DNA from: Candidatus Fibrimonas termitidis
GTDB taxonomy: Bacteria > Fibrobacterota > Fibrobacteria > Fibrobacterales > Fibrobacteraceae
Length of the DNA: 59,521 nt
Assembly (NCBI GenBank): GCA_001462245.1
Contig: LIUG01000158.1
Span: 401-59,921, forward strand
Direction: 5' to 3'
The position numbers and the translations under genes are program-made. Each line of letters begins with the position of its first letter. The first letter of the stretch is position 1. The notes under the pieces were generated by a model. That model worked only from the letters and a program-made list of their open reading frames with translations. It ran no database searches and was not told where the DNA came from. Below are positions 1-9,609 of this stretch, piece by piece.

Positions 1-357
1 AATATCACAGACAAGGAAAAACTATACCGGGAATATGCCAAAGCGAAAATTTTCGCTTTAACTTCCATAATTGAAGGAGGTGCGCCGAATGTAACCGCAG
101 AAGCGTTGTTCCACGGCTGTTACACAATTACCAGCAATATAGATGCGGCAAACGACATTACGGACAATGAAAATTGCGGTAGAATATTCCCTATAGGAAA
201 TTATAATGCTCTTGCAAAAATTCTTTTAGAAGTTTGCTCCGATAAAAAGCTTTTGCAAAACGCTCCGCAAAAATCCGTTCAATTCGCTAAAAGCCATTAT
301 GATTGGGATTTGATTGCAAATAGAATAAATCATTTATTGTTTGAGGTTCCAAAATGA
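1..357 (+). CDS. glycosyltransferase (GT-B, family-1/GT4-like), C-terminal part; 5' end outside window
   Basis: Frame of ORF 106..357 stays open back to nt 1 (NITDKEKLYREYAKAKIFALTSIIEGGAPNVTAEALFHGC...), resembling the C-terminal nucleotide-sugar binding region of family-1 glycosyltransferases. Stop overlaps the next start (ATGA). Confidence 0.55.
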   Translation, partial: NITDKEKLYREYAKAKIFALTSIIEGGAPNVTAEALFHGCYTITSNIDAANDITDNENCGRIFPIGNYNALAKILLEVCSDKKLLQNAPQKSVQFAKSHYDWDLIANRINHLLFEVPK

Positions 358-1301
358 AAATTATAAGAGACAATTTTAATTTTTACGCTTCTGAAACCGG
401 TGAAAACAAAGACGTATTATTGTTTTCGCTAAAAGATTACAACGAAAATTTAAGCGAGCTTCCCGTTGAAAATGAATTGAATTATAAAACGGAATCTATT
501 TTTAGCATTTTTAACAAAATTGCAACAGATTACGATAAGCTTTCAAAAATTCCACAAAACCCGCAGAGCCTCATTTCCATTTTGGAAGTTATAGGCAAGC
601 TGATAAAAAGCCTATGCCAAAAACACTGTCCGTATAATATTTTGGAGTTAGGCGCAGAGCAAGGATTGCTGAGTTATTTTTTAACAAGCGTAGCAAGGGA
701 TTTCAACAAAGAGAACACGGTGCACTGTGTTTCCAACAATTTATTGAGCAATGAATGGCTCTTGTTTTTGCAGGAATACGGAGATGCTGCGGAAAACTTG
801 AATTTGCACGTAATGCCGCCGCAAAACTCATCCTTGCAGGAAAATTATTTTGATTTTTGCATAATGAATAGTTCTGAAAATTTTTCAAATCCCGATGCGG
901 TTTTAAATAATGCTATTAGGCTATTGGCTACTGATGGAACTCTGGTTTTTATCTCTCAAGACGGCAAAGTTGTAGAACATAAAACTGCATTAAAAGAAAA
1001 GCAGGCTGCATACAGGCAAACCGAAGAAGCAAGCATAGATTTGCAAAAAGGCGAAATGGCAGTTCTTATACAGCAAACGGAAAAACAATTTGCGAAAATA
1101 GAGGTTTTAACCAAAGAAGAACTCTGCCAATTGGTAAAAGATTTGGCTTATCTCGAAAGATCAGCCGCAAGTTTATTCGCATACGTTGAAGACATGGATT
1201 TGAAAAACAAATTGAATACGGCAAAGGAAAATGTCTTAAATCTTCTCTATTCTCCGAGTGAAGAAATGAGGAATTTATTTATTTCCAAAATAAAAAACTG
1301 A
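354..1301 (+). CDS. hypothetical protein, possible class I SAM-methyltransferase fold plus C-terminal coiled coil
   Basis: 315-aa ORF translationally coupled to the upstream gene. Motif-I-like NILELGAEQGLLSYFL and later LLATDGTLVF; nothing stronger recognisable by eye. Confidence 0.4.
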   Translation: MKIIRDNFNFYASETGENKDVLLFSLKDYNENLSELPVENELNYKTESIFSIFNKIATDYDKLSKIPQNPQSLISILEVIGKLIKSLCQKHCPYNILELGAEQGLLSYFLTSVARDFNKENTVHCVSNNLLSNEWLLFLQEYGDAAENLNLHVMPPQNSSLQENYFDFCIMNSSENFSNPDAVLNNAIRLLATDGTLVFISQDGKVVEHKTALKEKQAAYRQTEEASIDLQKGEMAVLIQQTEKQFAKIEVLTKEELCQLVKDLAYLERSAASLFAYVEDMDLKNKLNTAKENVLNLLYSPSEEMRNLFISKIKN

Positions 1302-1302
1302 A

Positions 1303-1313
1303 ATTACTATATT
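1303..1313 (+). promoter_or_regulatory. extended -10-like element ATTACTATATT, 6 nt before ATG of dapA (leaderless-type)
   Basis: TATATT at 1308-1313, then CCCCCC, then ATG 1320. Same motif recurs before many genes and before the rnpB 5' end. Confidence 0.5.
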
Positions 1314-1319
1314 CCCCCC

Positions 1320-3426
<2,107 letters not shown>

Positions 3427-3437
3427 AAGAATAAAAC

Positions 3438-3453
3438 TGGCACGCTTTTTGCA
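3438..3453 (+). promoter_or_regulatory. sigma-54 promoter (-24/-12) for flgB operon
   Basis: TGGCACGCTTTTTGCA matches TGGCACG-N4-TTGCW perfectly, 21 nt upstream of the flgB ATG. Identical 16-mer at 54580-54595. Confidence 0.85.
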
Positions 3454-3474
3454 TACAATATCTATGAGGTTACT

Positions 3475-3903
3475 ATGCTCACAAAACTAGCCATTTTAGA
3501 CAAGACGAGCATCCCTGTGGCGAGCAAGGGATTGGACGCTTATACCCATAGGGGCAGGGCAATAGCTAACAATATCGCTAATGTAAGCACTCCGGGATAC
3601 CGCCGCATAGAGGTTTCTTTTGAAGAGCAACTTCGCAAAGCATTGGACAAGGAACTTAATTTGGCGGGCAAACGCACCGACGGCAACCATTTATTTTTAG
3701 GCCGCCCCGAACTGGAACATGTAAAAAGCGAAGGATATAGGGTAGAAGACCCCACAACCCCCGGCGAAATAAACAATGTGGATATAGATATTGAAATGGG
3801 AAAATTAGCAGAAAACGAGATCGCTTTTAATTTTGCAACTGCATTCATAAGAGACCGCAGCGGCACAATAGGCGAAGCTATCAAAGGAAGCAGAGGAGAG
3901 TAA
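3475..3903 (+). CDS. flgB: flagellar basal-body rod protein FlgB
   Basis: ANNIANVSTPGYRR rod-protein N-terminal motif; size and position before flgC; SD GAGG upstream. Confidence 0.9.
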   Translation: MLTKLAILDKTSIPVASKGLDAYTHRGRAIANNIANVSTPGYRRIEVSFEEQLRKALDKELNLAGKRTDGNHLFLGRPELEHVKSEGYRVEDPTTPGEINNVDIDIEMGKLAENEIAFNFATAFIRDRSGTIGEAIKGSRGE

Positions 3904-3906
3904 TTT

Positions 3907-4419
3907 ATGGCGATGGTAGGTTTATTTTCCGGCTTGAATATAAGCGCAACGGGCTTAAGGGCGCAGCGTGTGAGGCAAAATGTAATTGCCTCAAACATTG
4001 CGAACGTGGAAACAACCCGCACCCCGGACGGCGGCCCCTACAGAAGGCAGCACGTTATCCTAGAGGCAGACCCCCAGGAATTTGACCAATTCTTGGTAAA
4101 GGAGCAAAACAAAATCCGTGGCACAAAGACCGAACCCGGGCATATCCGCATTCCTCAACCCGAATGGCCTCTTTCTAGGGAAAACATAGGAAGCGGCGTA
4201 AAAATTCAGGAAATAAGGCAAGACGAAGGGCCGGACAAACTGGTTTACAACCCGGATCACCCGGATGCGGACGAAAACGGCTACCTCCATATGCCGAATG
4301 TGAATATAGTGGAAGAAATGGTGGATATGATAACGGCTACAAGGGCATATGAGGCAAACACAACGGCTTTCAACAGCACAAAATCCATGTTGATGAAGGC
4401 TTTGGATTTGGCGAATTAA
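3907..4419 (+). CDS. flgC: flagellar basal-body rod protein FlgC
   Basis: ASNIANVETTRTPDGGPYRRQ and C-terminal TATRAYEANTTAFNSTKSMLMKALDL. Confidence 0.9.
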   Translation: MAMVGLFSGLNISATGLRAQRVRQNVIASNIANVETTRTPDGGPYRRQHVILEADPQEFDQFLVKEQNKIRGTKTEPGHIRIPQPEWPLSRENIGSGVKIQEIRQDEGPDKLVYNPDHPDADENGYLHMPNVNIVEEMVDMITATRAYEANTTAFNSTKSMLMKALDLAN

Positions 4420-4436
4420 GGGCTTGAGGTAAGAAA

Positions 4437-4748
4437 ATGAAAATAGATGTTCAAAAATTCATGGAATTGCGGGACGGCGCAAGAGCTAGGCAAAGCAGCA
4501 CCGCAGCCAAAGACACGGCCCAAACTGACTGGCGTGCGCTTTTGGAGTCTAAAAGAAAGGATATGGGGCTGGGGCCTGCGGCTCCAACAACCGCTAAAGT
4601 TTCTGCCGTAAAAGCCGAAAATAGAACTAGGATGGTTGCCGCAGATTTTGACGGATCAATGGAAGAACGGGTAGGCGCTTTGCGTGAAAGGAGTGCAGAG
4701 GGCTTACCCGTTCGCGAACTTGGAAACTTCATAGATGTAAGGGCATAA
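4437..4748 (+). CDS. hypothetical 103-aa protein inserted between flgC and fliE
   Basis: Good SD (GAGGT) 7 nt upstream, same strand and tight spacing within the operon. No recognisable domain; locally GC-richer (equal-length antisense shadow ORF 4451..4732). Confidence 0.5.
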   Translation: MKIDVQKFMELRDGARARQSSTAAKDTAQTDWRALLESKRKDMGLGPAAPTTAKVSAVKAENRTRMVAADFDGSMEERVGALRERSAEGLPVRELGNFIDVRA

Positions 4749-4768
4749 TTTCTAACTTAGAGGTAGAT

Positions 4769-5101
4769 ATGTATAGCGATATAAGAACTCCTGTTTCAAA
4801 CTCAAAGCCGCTGAGCGATACGGTTCAGCCGCTGAATCCGGGTTTGGACCCTAAGCGCATGGGGCCGCAAAAGGCAGATGCTCCTAACTTCGGTGAAATG
4901 CTCACCGGTTTTTTAACTGATGTAAATCATATGCAGAACTACGCCGACCAGTCCATTCAAAAGATGGTAGCCGGAGAAATCAAGGATGTTCATCAGGTTA
5001 TGCTTGCAGTTGGCGAGGCAAAGGTCGCCTTTAACCTGATGCTGGAAATTCGCAATAAGACTATGGAAGCCTACAACGAATTGATCAGAATGAGAGGTTA
5101 G
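4769..5101 (+). CDS. fliE: flagellar hook-basal body complex protein FliE
   Basis: FGEMLTGFLTDVN...QKMVAGEIKDVHQVMLAVGEAKVAFNLMLEIRNK matches the FliE C-terminal domain. Confidence 0.85.
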   Translation: MYSDIRTPVSNSKPLSDTVQPLNPGLDPKRMGPQKADAPNFGEMLTGFLTDVNHMQNYADQSIQKMVAGEIKDVHQVMLAVGEAKVAFNLMLEIRNKTMEAYNELIRMRG

Positions 5102-6536
5102 CTCCGCAATAAAACCTAGTTCTGTTTACACCGCCAAAGTCAAAATCCTTATTGTTTTTAGAGAGGGCGTTCAGCCAAACCGCATAAAGCGAGGCGTTTA
5201 ATTTTGGAATTCTTTGCTCTATTTGGGCATTCCAGAACCACGTTGCAGGGTTGTCGCGATAAACCCATTCATGCGTAAGCATTAAATTTTCAAAGAAGCG
5301 GTATTTAAAGAATAACTTAGCCGAGTTCTCCACCGGCTCGGCTTCGTAAGCAATCCGTTCCCAGCGATGATAACCGAAGTATTCCTTTGAATACGCAGCC
5401 CCCGCCTCTGCTATACGGGATTTATAAGCTACCTCGCCATCAAAGCCTATGGATTGAAAATCATAGGCATAGTTTTGATATGCCCTTGTTTTCATAGAGA
5501 GAGGCTTAAATTCGTAACTCGTTTCACTATATAGCTTTACGCCACCTGTTCTAAGCAAAAGCCCTATGATTAAATCGGTAGTTTTAGTTATGCCTATTTT
5601 GTATTCCAAGCTATCGGTAATAGCAAATTCAAGGCTGTCTGCTCCGGTGCTTTGCCGGGAGTAGAATTCTATAACTCCTTCATTTGTAAAGTGTTGCAGA
5701 AAGCTATGATTGAAATCCAGCCAAATAATAGCGTTCTCATCGTCTTTGGTTTGGCTTGCGTATATGCCGGCACCGGTGTTTTTGCCTTTGACCCTCATTC
5801 CAAAGTTTTTGCGGTCTTCCGCAGCGGAGTCCTGAATTTGGAATTTTTCCGCAGCGGCGTGCAGTTCAACTTCTTTTTCCATAAAATAAAAACCGGCATT
5901 CGCTTCGGTTCTTGGGCTTATGCGAATAGGAACCCATTCTTTTTTGTTCCAAGCCCAGAGATACTCGGAACCGGTTAAAATAGATGCGTTTTTAAAGAAA
6001 TCTCCGGTGCCGCTATAGCCAAATCCGCCATAAATCCCGGAATATGCGGGCAAATTTTCCCCGAACCATGCAAATTTCTGCGAATTTATCCGCTCTTTGC
6101 GGGTATCAAAGGTGGCTTCGCTAAAATGGTCTATTTGATTGAACTGTGCCATGGTGTAAAAACCGCCGAAGGGTGGGGTAGCTATGCCTCCGTATAGCAT
6201 GGGAGTTCTATTAGGTTCGTTGTTTGTGCCGGCTAATTCTTGCCAAAGCTCGTCTCCAATTTCATTTCCGGTGTAAAACCAGATATTATTTTGCCTTGTT
6301 TCCCAATCCATTATCGGAACAAAACGATCGAAAATTCGTCGGTTTCTCCATTTATCGGGTCTCCAAATTTCTTCCTCCGCTAGCCACAGCGCTCCGGGCA
6401 TTCTGCTGTAAGTGTAGGTAGGCATTGCAATTAGGTGCGTTCCGAGTTCGTTAGCAAAGGGGGTTAAGGCAGGGGTTTCGCCTTGAACTTGAGCGAAGGA
6501 AGCTGCGCAAAGAAGCATAAGCAAAAGGAATGGCAC
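5085..6536 (-). CDS. hypothetical outer-membrane/secreted protein
   Basis: Signal peptide MPFLLLMLLCAASFAQVQG, Tyr/Gly/Phe-rich beta-strand-like composition, C-terminal ...GANLSF. 3' end overlaps fliE by 17 nt (convergent). Confidence 0.45.
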   Translation of the reverse strand: MPFLLLMLLCAASFAQVQGETPALTPFANELGTHLIAMPTYTYSRMPGALWLAEEEIWRPDKWRNRRIFDRFVPIMDWETRQNNIWFYTGNEIGDELWQELAGTNNEPNRTPMLYGGIATPPFGGFYTMAQFNQIDHFSEATFDTRKERINSQKFAWFGENLPAYSGIYGGFGYSGTGDFFKNASILTGSEYLWAWNKKEWVPIRISPRTEANAGFYFMEKEVELHAAAEKFQIQDSAAEDRKNFGMRVKGKNTGAGIYASQTKDDENAIIWLDFNHSFLQHFTNEGVIEFYSRQSTGADSLEFAITDSLEYKIGITKTTDLIIGLLLRTGGVKLYSETSYEFKPLSMKTRAYQNYAYDFQSIGFDGEVAYKSRIAEAGAAYSKEYFGYHRWERIAYEAEPVENSAKLFFKYRFFENLMLTHEWVYRDNPATWFWNAQIEQRIPKLNASLYAVWLNALSKNNKDFDFGGVNRTRFYCGANLSF

Positions 6537-6556
6537 GGGAGCGTAAGCTAGATAAT

Positions 6557-6567
6557 TTTTCTACATT
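6557..6567 (+). promoter_or_regulatory. extended -10-like element TTTTCTACATT, 6 nt before nrdR ATG
   Basis: TACATT at 6562-6567, TGTTGT, ATG 6574. Same TTTCTACATT motif before ppiB and serC. Confidence 0.5.
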
Positions 6568-6573
6568 TGTTGT

Positions 6574-7017
6574 ATGATTTGTCCCCAGTGCAAAGCAGAC
6601 AACGATAAAGTTATAGAAACCCGTACAAGTGGTGGTGCTTTGCGGCGGCGCCGTGAGTGCCTTGTATGTTCCCACCGTTTTACGACTTACGAATATGTGG
6701 AAAAAGCAAATTTAACCGTTGCCAAGCGAGATGGGAGGCGGGAGCCCTTTAAGCACGAAAAACTGATTTCCGGCATAAGGAGGGCCTGCGCAAAGCGTCC
6801 TGTGAGTTCCGAGAAAATGGAGGAGATTGCAAAATTAGTTGAAGGAAACCTTGTGCAATTTGACCATCAGGAAGTTTCTTACGCTATATTAGGCGATTTG
6901 GTTATGAAAGAACTTTTCAAAACAGATGCCGTAGCTTATGTTCGTTTTGCCTCCGTATATAAGGAATTCAGTGAGGTAGGGGAGTTCGTTAAGCTAGTTA
7001 TGGGGGAAAAGTTTTAA
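6574..7017 (+). CDS. nrdR: transcriptional repressor NrdR
   Basis: MICPQCKADNDKVIETR...RRRRECLVCSHRFTTYE zinc ribbon followed by an ATP-cone-like region. Confidence 0.9.
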   Translation: MICPQCKADNDKVIETRTSGGALRRRRECLVCSHRFTTYEYVEKANLTVAKRDGRREPFKHEKLISGIRRACAKRPVSSEKMEEIAKLVEGNLVQFDHQEVSYAILGDLVMKELFKTDAVAYVRFASVYKEFSEVGEFVKLVMGEKF

Positions 7018-7020
7018 CAA

Positions 7021-7050
7021 TGCCTTCAAAAAAAATGCCTTCAAAAAAAA
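7021..7050. repeat. perfect 15-bp tandem duplication TGCCTTCAAAAAAAA x2 abutting a -35 box
   Basis: 7021-7035 and 7036-7050 are identical; they end 2 nt before TTGACA. Confidence 0.95.
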
Positions 7051-7052
7051 TC

Positions 7053-7081
7053 TTGACAACGGCTCGAAAAAAATCTATATT
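7053..7081 (+). promoter_or_regulatory. consensus sigma-70 promoter TTGACA-N17-TATATT
   Basis: TTGACA 7053-7058, 17-nt spacer, TATATT 7076-7081. About 60-nt leader with SD AGAGG before ATG 7144. Confidence 0.7.
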
Positions 7082-7143
7082 AAACATACCCATTTTTTTC
7101 CCATCCATAAGTCCAGAATTTCCCCTAAACAAAGAGGTTCGTT

Positions 7144-8577
7144 ATGAGCTATAACAAATATGCTCTCGCTCTCGTTTTTGCCTGCTTTTTGAGCGCATTT
7201 GCGCAGGAGCAACCAGAAAAAATAGCCGTCTATGTGTTCGGCGCCAGCGAAGCCAACATAAACAAGTCCTTTGGCAACAAGCTGCTTGCGTCAATTACGC
7301 AAAGCGACAAGTATGCGGAGATAAAGGATTCGGAAACCTTTTACAAGGAGCTTGCGAAAAACAATGAGGAGGGTGTAAGCCAAATATCCCAGACGGGCAA
7401 GCGGCATGGCGCGGACTATGTTTGCGTAGTGAGCCTTACCGAGGTGTTTGGCTCCTATTCCATCTTTGCCCGCATAATAAAGACCTCCGATGCCGAGGCA
7501 ATCAGAACCGCCTCTTTGGACCGTTCTCTTAAATCCCTAGATGACCTCGCCCGTGCTTCCAATGAGCTTGTCAGCCAGCTTTTTCAATTGCAGCCCCAAA
7601 CGCCTGCGCCTCCTCCCGCAACTCCCGTGCCAGCCGTTGTTCCCCCAATGGCATTGGCAGCCCAAAAGGAGTGCTCAAACAAGCTGAACATCAACGAGAT
7701 TCTTTCCAAGATACAGAGCAGCATTCTCCCGCAGTTGAAGGATTGTTCGGGCACCTTGGCCAAGGATATGGCTTTGGCTATGTCTCCTTTTGGCAAGAAG
7801 GGTGCGGCACCGCAGCCTGTGCCGTTTATGAAGGAGTGCACGATTGACGGCATCAAGAAGAAATTGCCTGATGGCGCAGATGAGTATATTAAGCCCATTG
7901 AGAAATTTTTGCAGAATGTTATGAATGCGGCATCTGCTGGCGGCAGTTTGGATGTCAAAAAGCTTCCGGGCATTATCAGCGGGCTTAATGTGAATGATCT
8001 TATAAATGAGTTGAAGGCTAAGGCGGCTAATGATGAGTGTGTGGTTGATGAGCCTTATACGCAGCCGGTTGCCGATGAGGAAGAGGAAGGCGGTTCTGGT
8101 GATGAGGGAGGCAGGAAAATAGTGTCTCTGGGTTTTAGGGGTGGGTTGAATTTTTCGCATATGAACGTAGATAATAATCATTCTTATAATCCCACCTTGG
8201 GTTTTCAAGGGGGTTTGGTTCTTGACATAGCTTCTAACATAGCTTCTATTAGCTGGTTTCATATCCAGTTCGGTGTTATGTATATCCAAAAAGGAGCGAA
8301 AGATGACGCTGGCACAGTTGCGACTTTGCATAATATTGAAATTCCTTTGCTGCTATCGCCTAAATTTTCTGCGCTCAGGCTTAATGCTGGTCCGTATTTT
8401 GGCATATGCCTTGGCGGGGATATTGAATGCGACGATCTTGATATTGGTATCAGCACGGGCTTTGGCTTTGATATAGGCATGTTTTACATAGGTATGTTTT
8501 ATGACTATGGCTTGGTTAGACATTGGGATTATTTTTCCAACCGCACATTTGGCTTTAATTTAGGGGTAAATCTATGA
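7144..8577 (+). CDS. secreted two-domain protein: LpoB/CsgG/FlgO-like N-domain, Pro-rich linker, C-terminal OMP beta-barrel-like domain
   Basis: Signal peptide LVFACFLSAFAQE. N-domain ADYVCVVSLTEVFGSYSIFARIIKTSDAEAI, PQTPAPPPATPVPAVVPP linker, and Gly/aromatic-rich C-terminus ending FGFNLGVNL. Confidence 0.45.
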   Translation: MSYNKYALALVFACFLSAFAQEQPEKIAVYVFGASEANINKSFGNKLLASITQSDKYAEIKDSETFYKELAKNNEEGVSQISQTGKRHGADYVCVVSLTEVFGSYSIFARIIKTSDAEAIRTASLDRSLKSLDDLARASNELVSQLFQLQPQTPAPPPATPVPAVVPPMALAAQKECSNKLNINEILSKIQSSILPQLKDCSGTLAKDMALAMSPFGKKGAAPQPVPFMKECTIDGIKKKLPDGADEYIKPIEKFLQNVMNAASAGGSLDVKKLPGIISGLNVNDLINELKAKAANDECVVDEPYTQPVADEEEEGGSGDEGGRKIVSLGFRGGLNFSHMNVDNNHSYNPTLGFQGGLVLDIASNIASISWFHIQFGVMYIQKGAKDDAGTVATLHNIEIPLLLSPKFSALRLNAGPYFGICLGGDIECDDLDIGISTGFGFDIGMFYIGMFYDYGLVRHWDYFSNRTFGFNLGVNL

Positions 8578-9212
8578 AGAAGTTTTTGTTTTCAGTGTGT
8601 GCTGTTTTAGCGATTTTTGGTTGCGGCGGCGAGAATGTGGATGAACTTCCGCTGTTCATTAGCTGTCCCAATCCGTCCGTTTATGGTAACTCAATGTCTT
8701 GTGGCGGTCAAACCTATAGAACAGTTAATATAAATGGCCGAATTTGGATGGCTGAGAATTTGAATTACGACCCCGGTGCAGGCACTTCCGCCTGCTATGA
8801 TAACAATTCTTCCAACTGCGCTCAATACGGCCGCTTGTATGATTGGGCAACTGCTAAAGGCGTTTGCCCCTCTGGCTGGCATTTGCCCAGCCAAGCGGAG
8901 TGGAATGGGTTAGGCGACGACGCAACTAAGTTGAAGTCCACAACAGGCTGGTATGGTTGCGGTCCTTCTGGTTCAGGCAATTCATATTTGTGCGAGGACA
9001 CTTACGGGTTTTCGGCCCTGCCGGGCGGCTACGGCAGCTCTGGTGGCAATTTCCTCAGTGCCGGCAGCTACGGCATCTGGTGGAGTTCCACAGAGATCGA
9101 GGACACCGGCAACGACGCTTACCTCCGGGGCATGGACTACGACCGCGAGACCGCCGGTTGGTACGACTACGGTAAGGGCAACGTGTTTTCAGTTCGTTGT
9201 CTCCAGGACTAA
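8574..9212 (+). CDS. lipoprotein with Fibrobacter succinogenes major paralogous domain (TIGR02145-like)
   Basis: Lipobox LAIFGCGG; IWMAENLNYD...YGRLYDW...CPSGWHLPSQAEW...GFSALPGG...SVRCLQD. ATGA coupling to the upstream gene. 3' half is markedly GC-richer. Confidence 0.8.
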   Translation: MKKFLFSVCAVLAIFGCGGENVDELPLFISCPNPSVYGNSMSCGGQTYRTVNINGRIWMAENLNYDPGAGTSACYDNNSSNCAQYGRLYDWATAKGVCPSGWHLPSQAEWNGLGDDATKLKSTTGWYGCGPSGSGNSYLCEDTYGFSALPGGYGSSGGNFLSAGSYGIWWSSTEIEDTGNDAYLRGMDYDRETAGWYDYGKGNVFSVRCLQD

Positions 9213-9378
9213 GCACGGAGTGCCGCCGCTAGCCTTGGCAAGCGGCGAAACTTGGGGCAGTGAGCGTTTATTTGTGTCTTAGCGATGGGGCGTAGATTTG
9301 GGATTTTTTTTATGAAGAGTTATAGTATGCCGTGACTTATGGAATGTACATAAAGGGCATTTCTCTATAAATAAAAGG

Positions 9379-9609
9379 ATGATCCCCGATAGCCTTTTAT
9401 CAAAGAAAAAAATTCCCTTGTCATATAAGGGATACATCAATCGAACTATTGAGGATTATGGTGCCATGACAGGAGCCGAACTTAGCGAAAAGACCCATAA
9501 AGAAAAACCTTGGCTCGATGCTATCGGAGACGCAAATACACCGAAGAACTCAAATCGCATAATAACCCATCTGAAGCCAATGGTGCCTAGCACCGTGTGG
9601 TTTACATAG
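9379..9609 (+). CDS. 76-aa ORF resembling only the C-terminal part of a DUF4065/Panacea (SocA-like) domain; possible gene remnant
   Basis: GAMTGAELSEKTHKEKPW resembles the conserved ...L...TH...pW segment; the N-terminal half of the domain is absent. TATAAA 7 nt upstream of the ATG. 3' end overlaps the convergent ATPase gene by 8 nt. Confidence 0.3.
   Translation: MIPDSLLSKKKIPLSYKGYINRTIEDYGAMTGAELSEKTHKEKPWLDAIGDANTPKNSNRIITHLKPMVPSTVWFT

Noticed and set aside
8310-8330. Additional TGGCAC motifs (8310-8315, 17569-17574, 6531-6536) as sigma-54 promoters.
   Set aside because: All are inside or at the edge of coding sequence, and none has TTGC at the required N4-5 spacing (for example TGGCAC-AGTTG-CGACT).
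9222-9247. Hairpin CGCCGCT-N10-AGCGGCG after ORF 8574-9212 as an intrinsic terminator.
   Set aside because: It has only a 7-bp stem with a 10-nt loop and no following U-run. It lies within the GC-rich patch, where such pairings arise easily.
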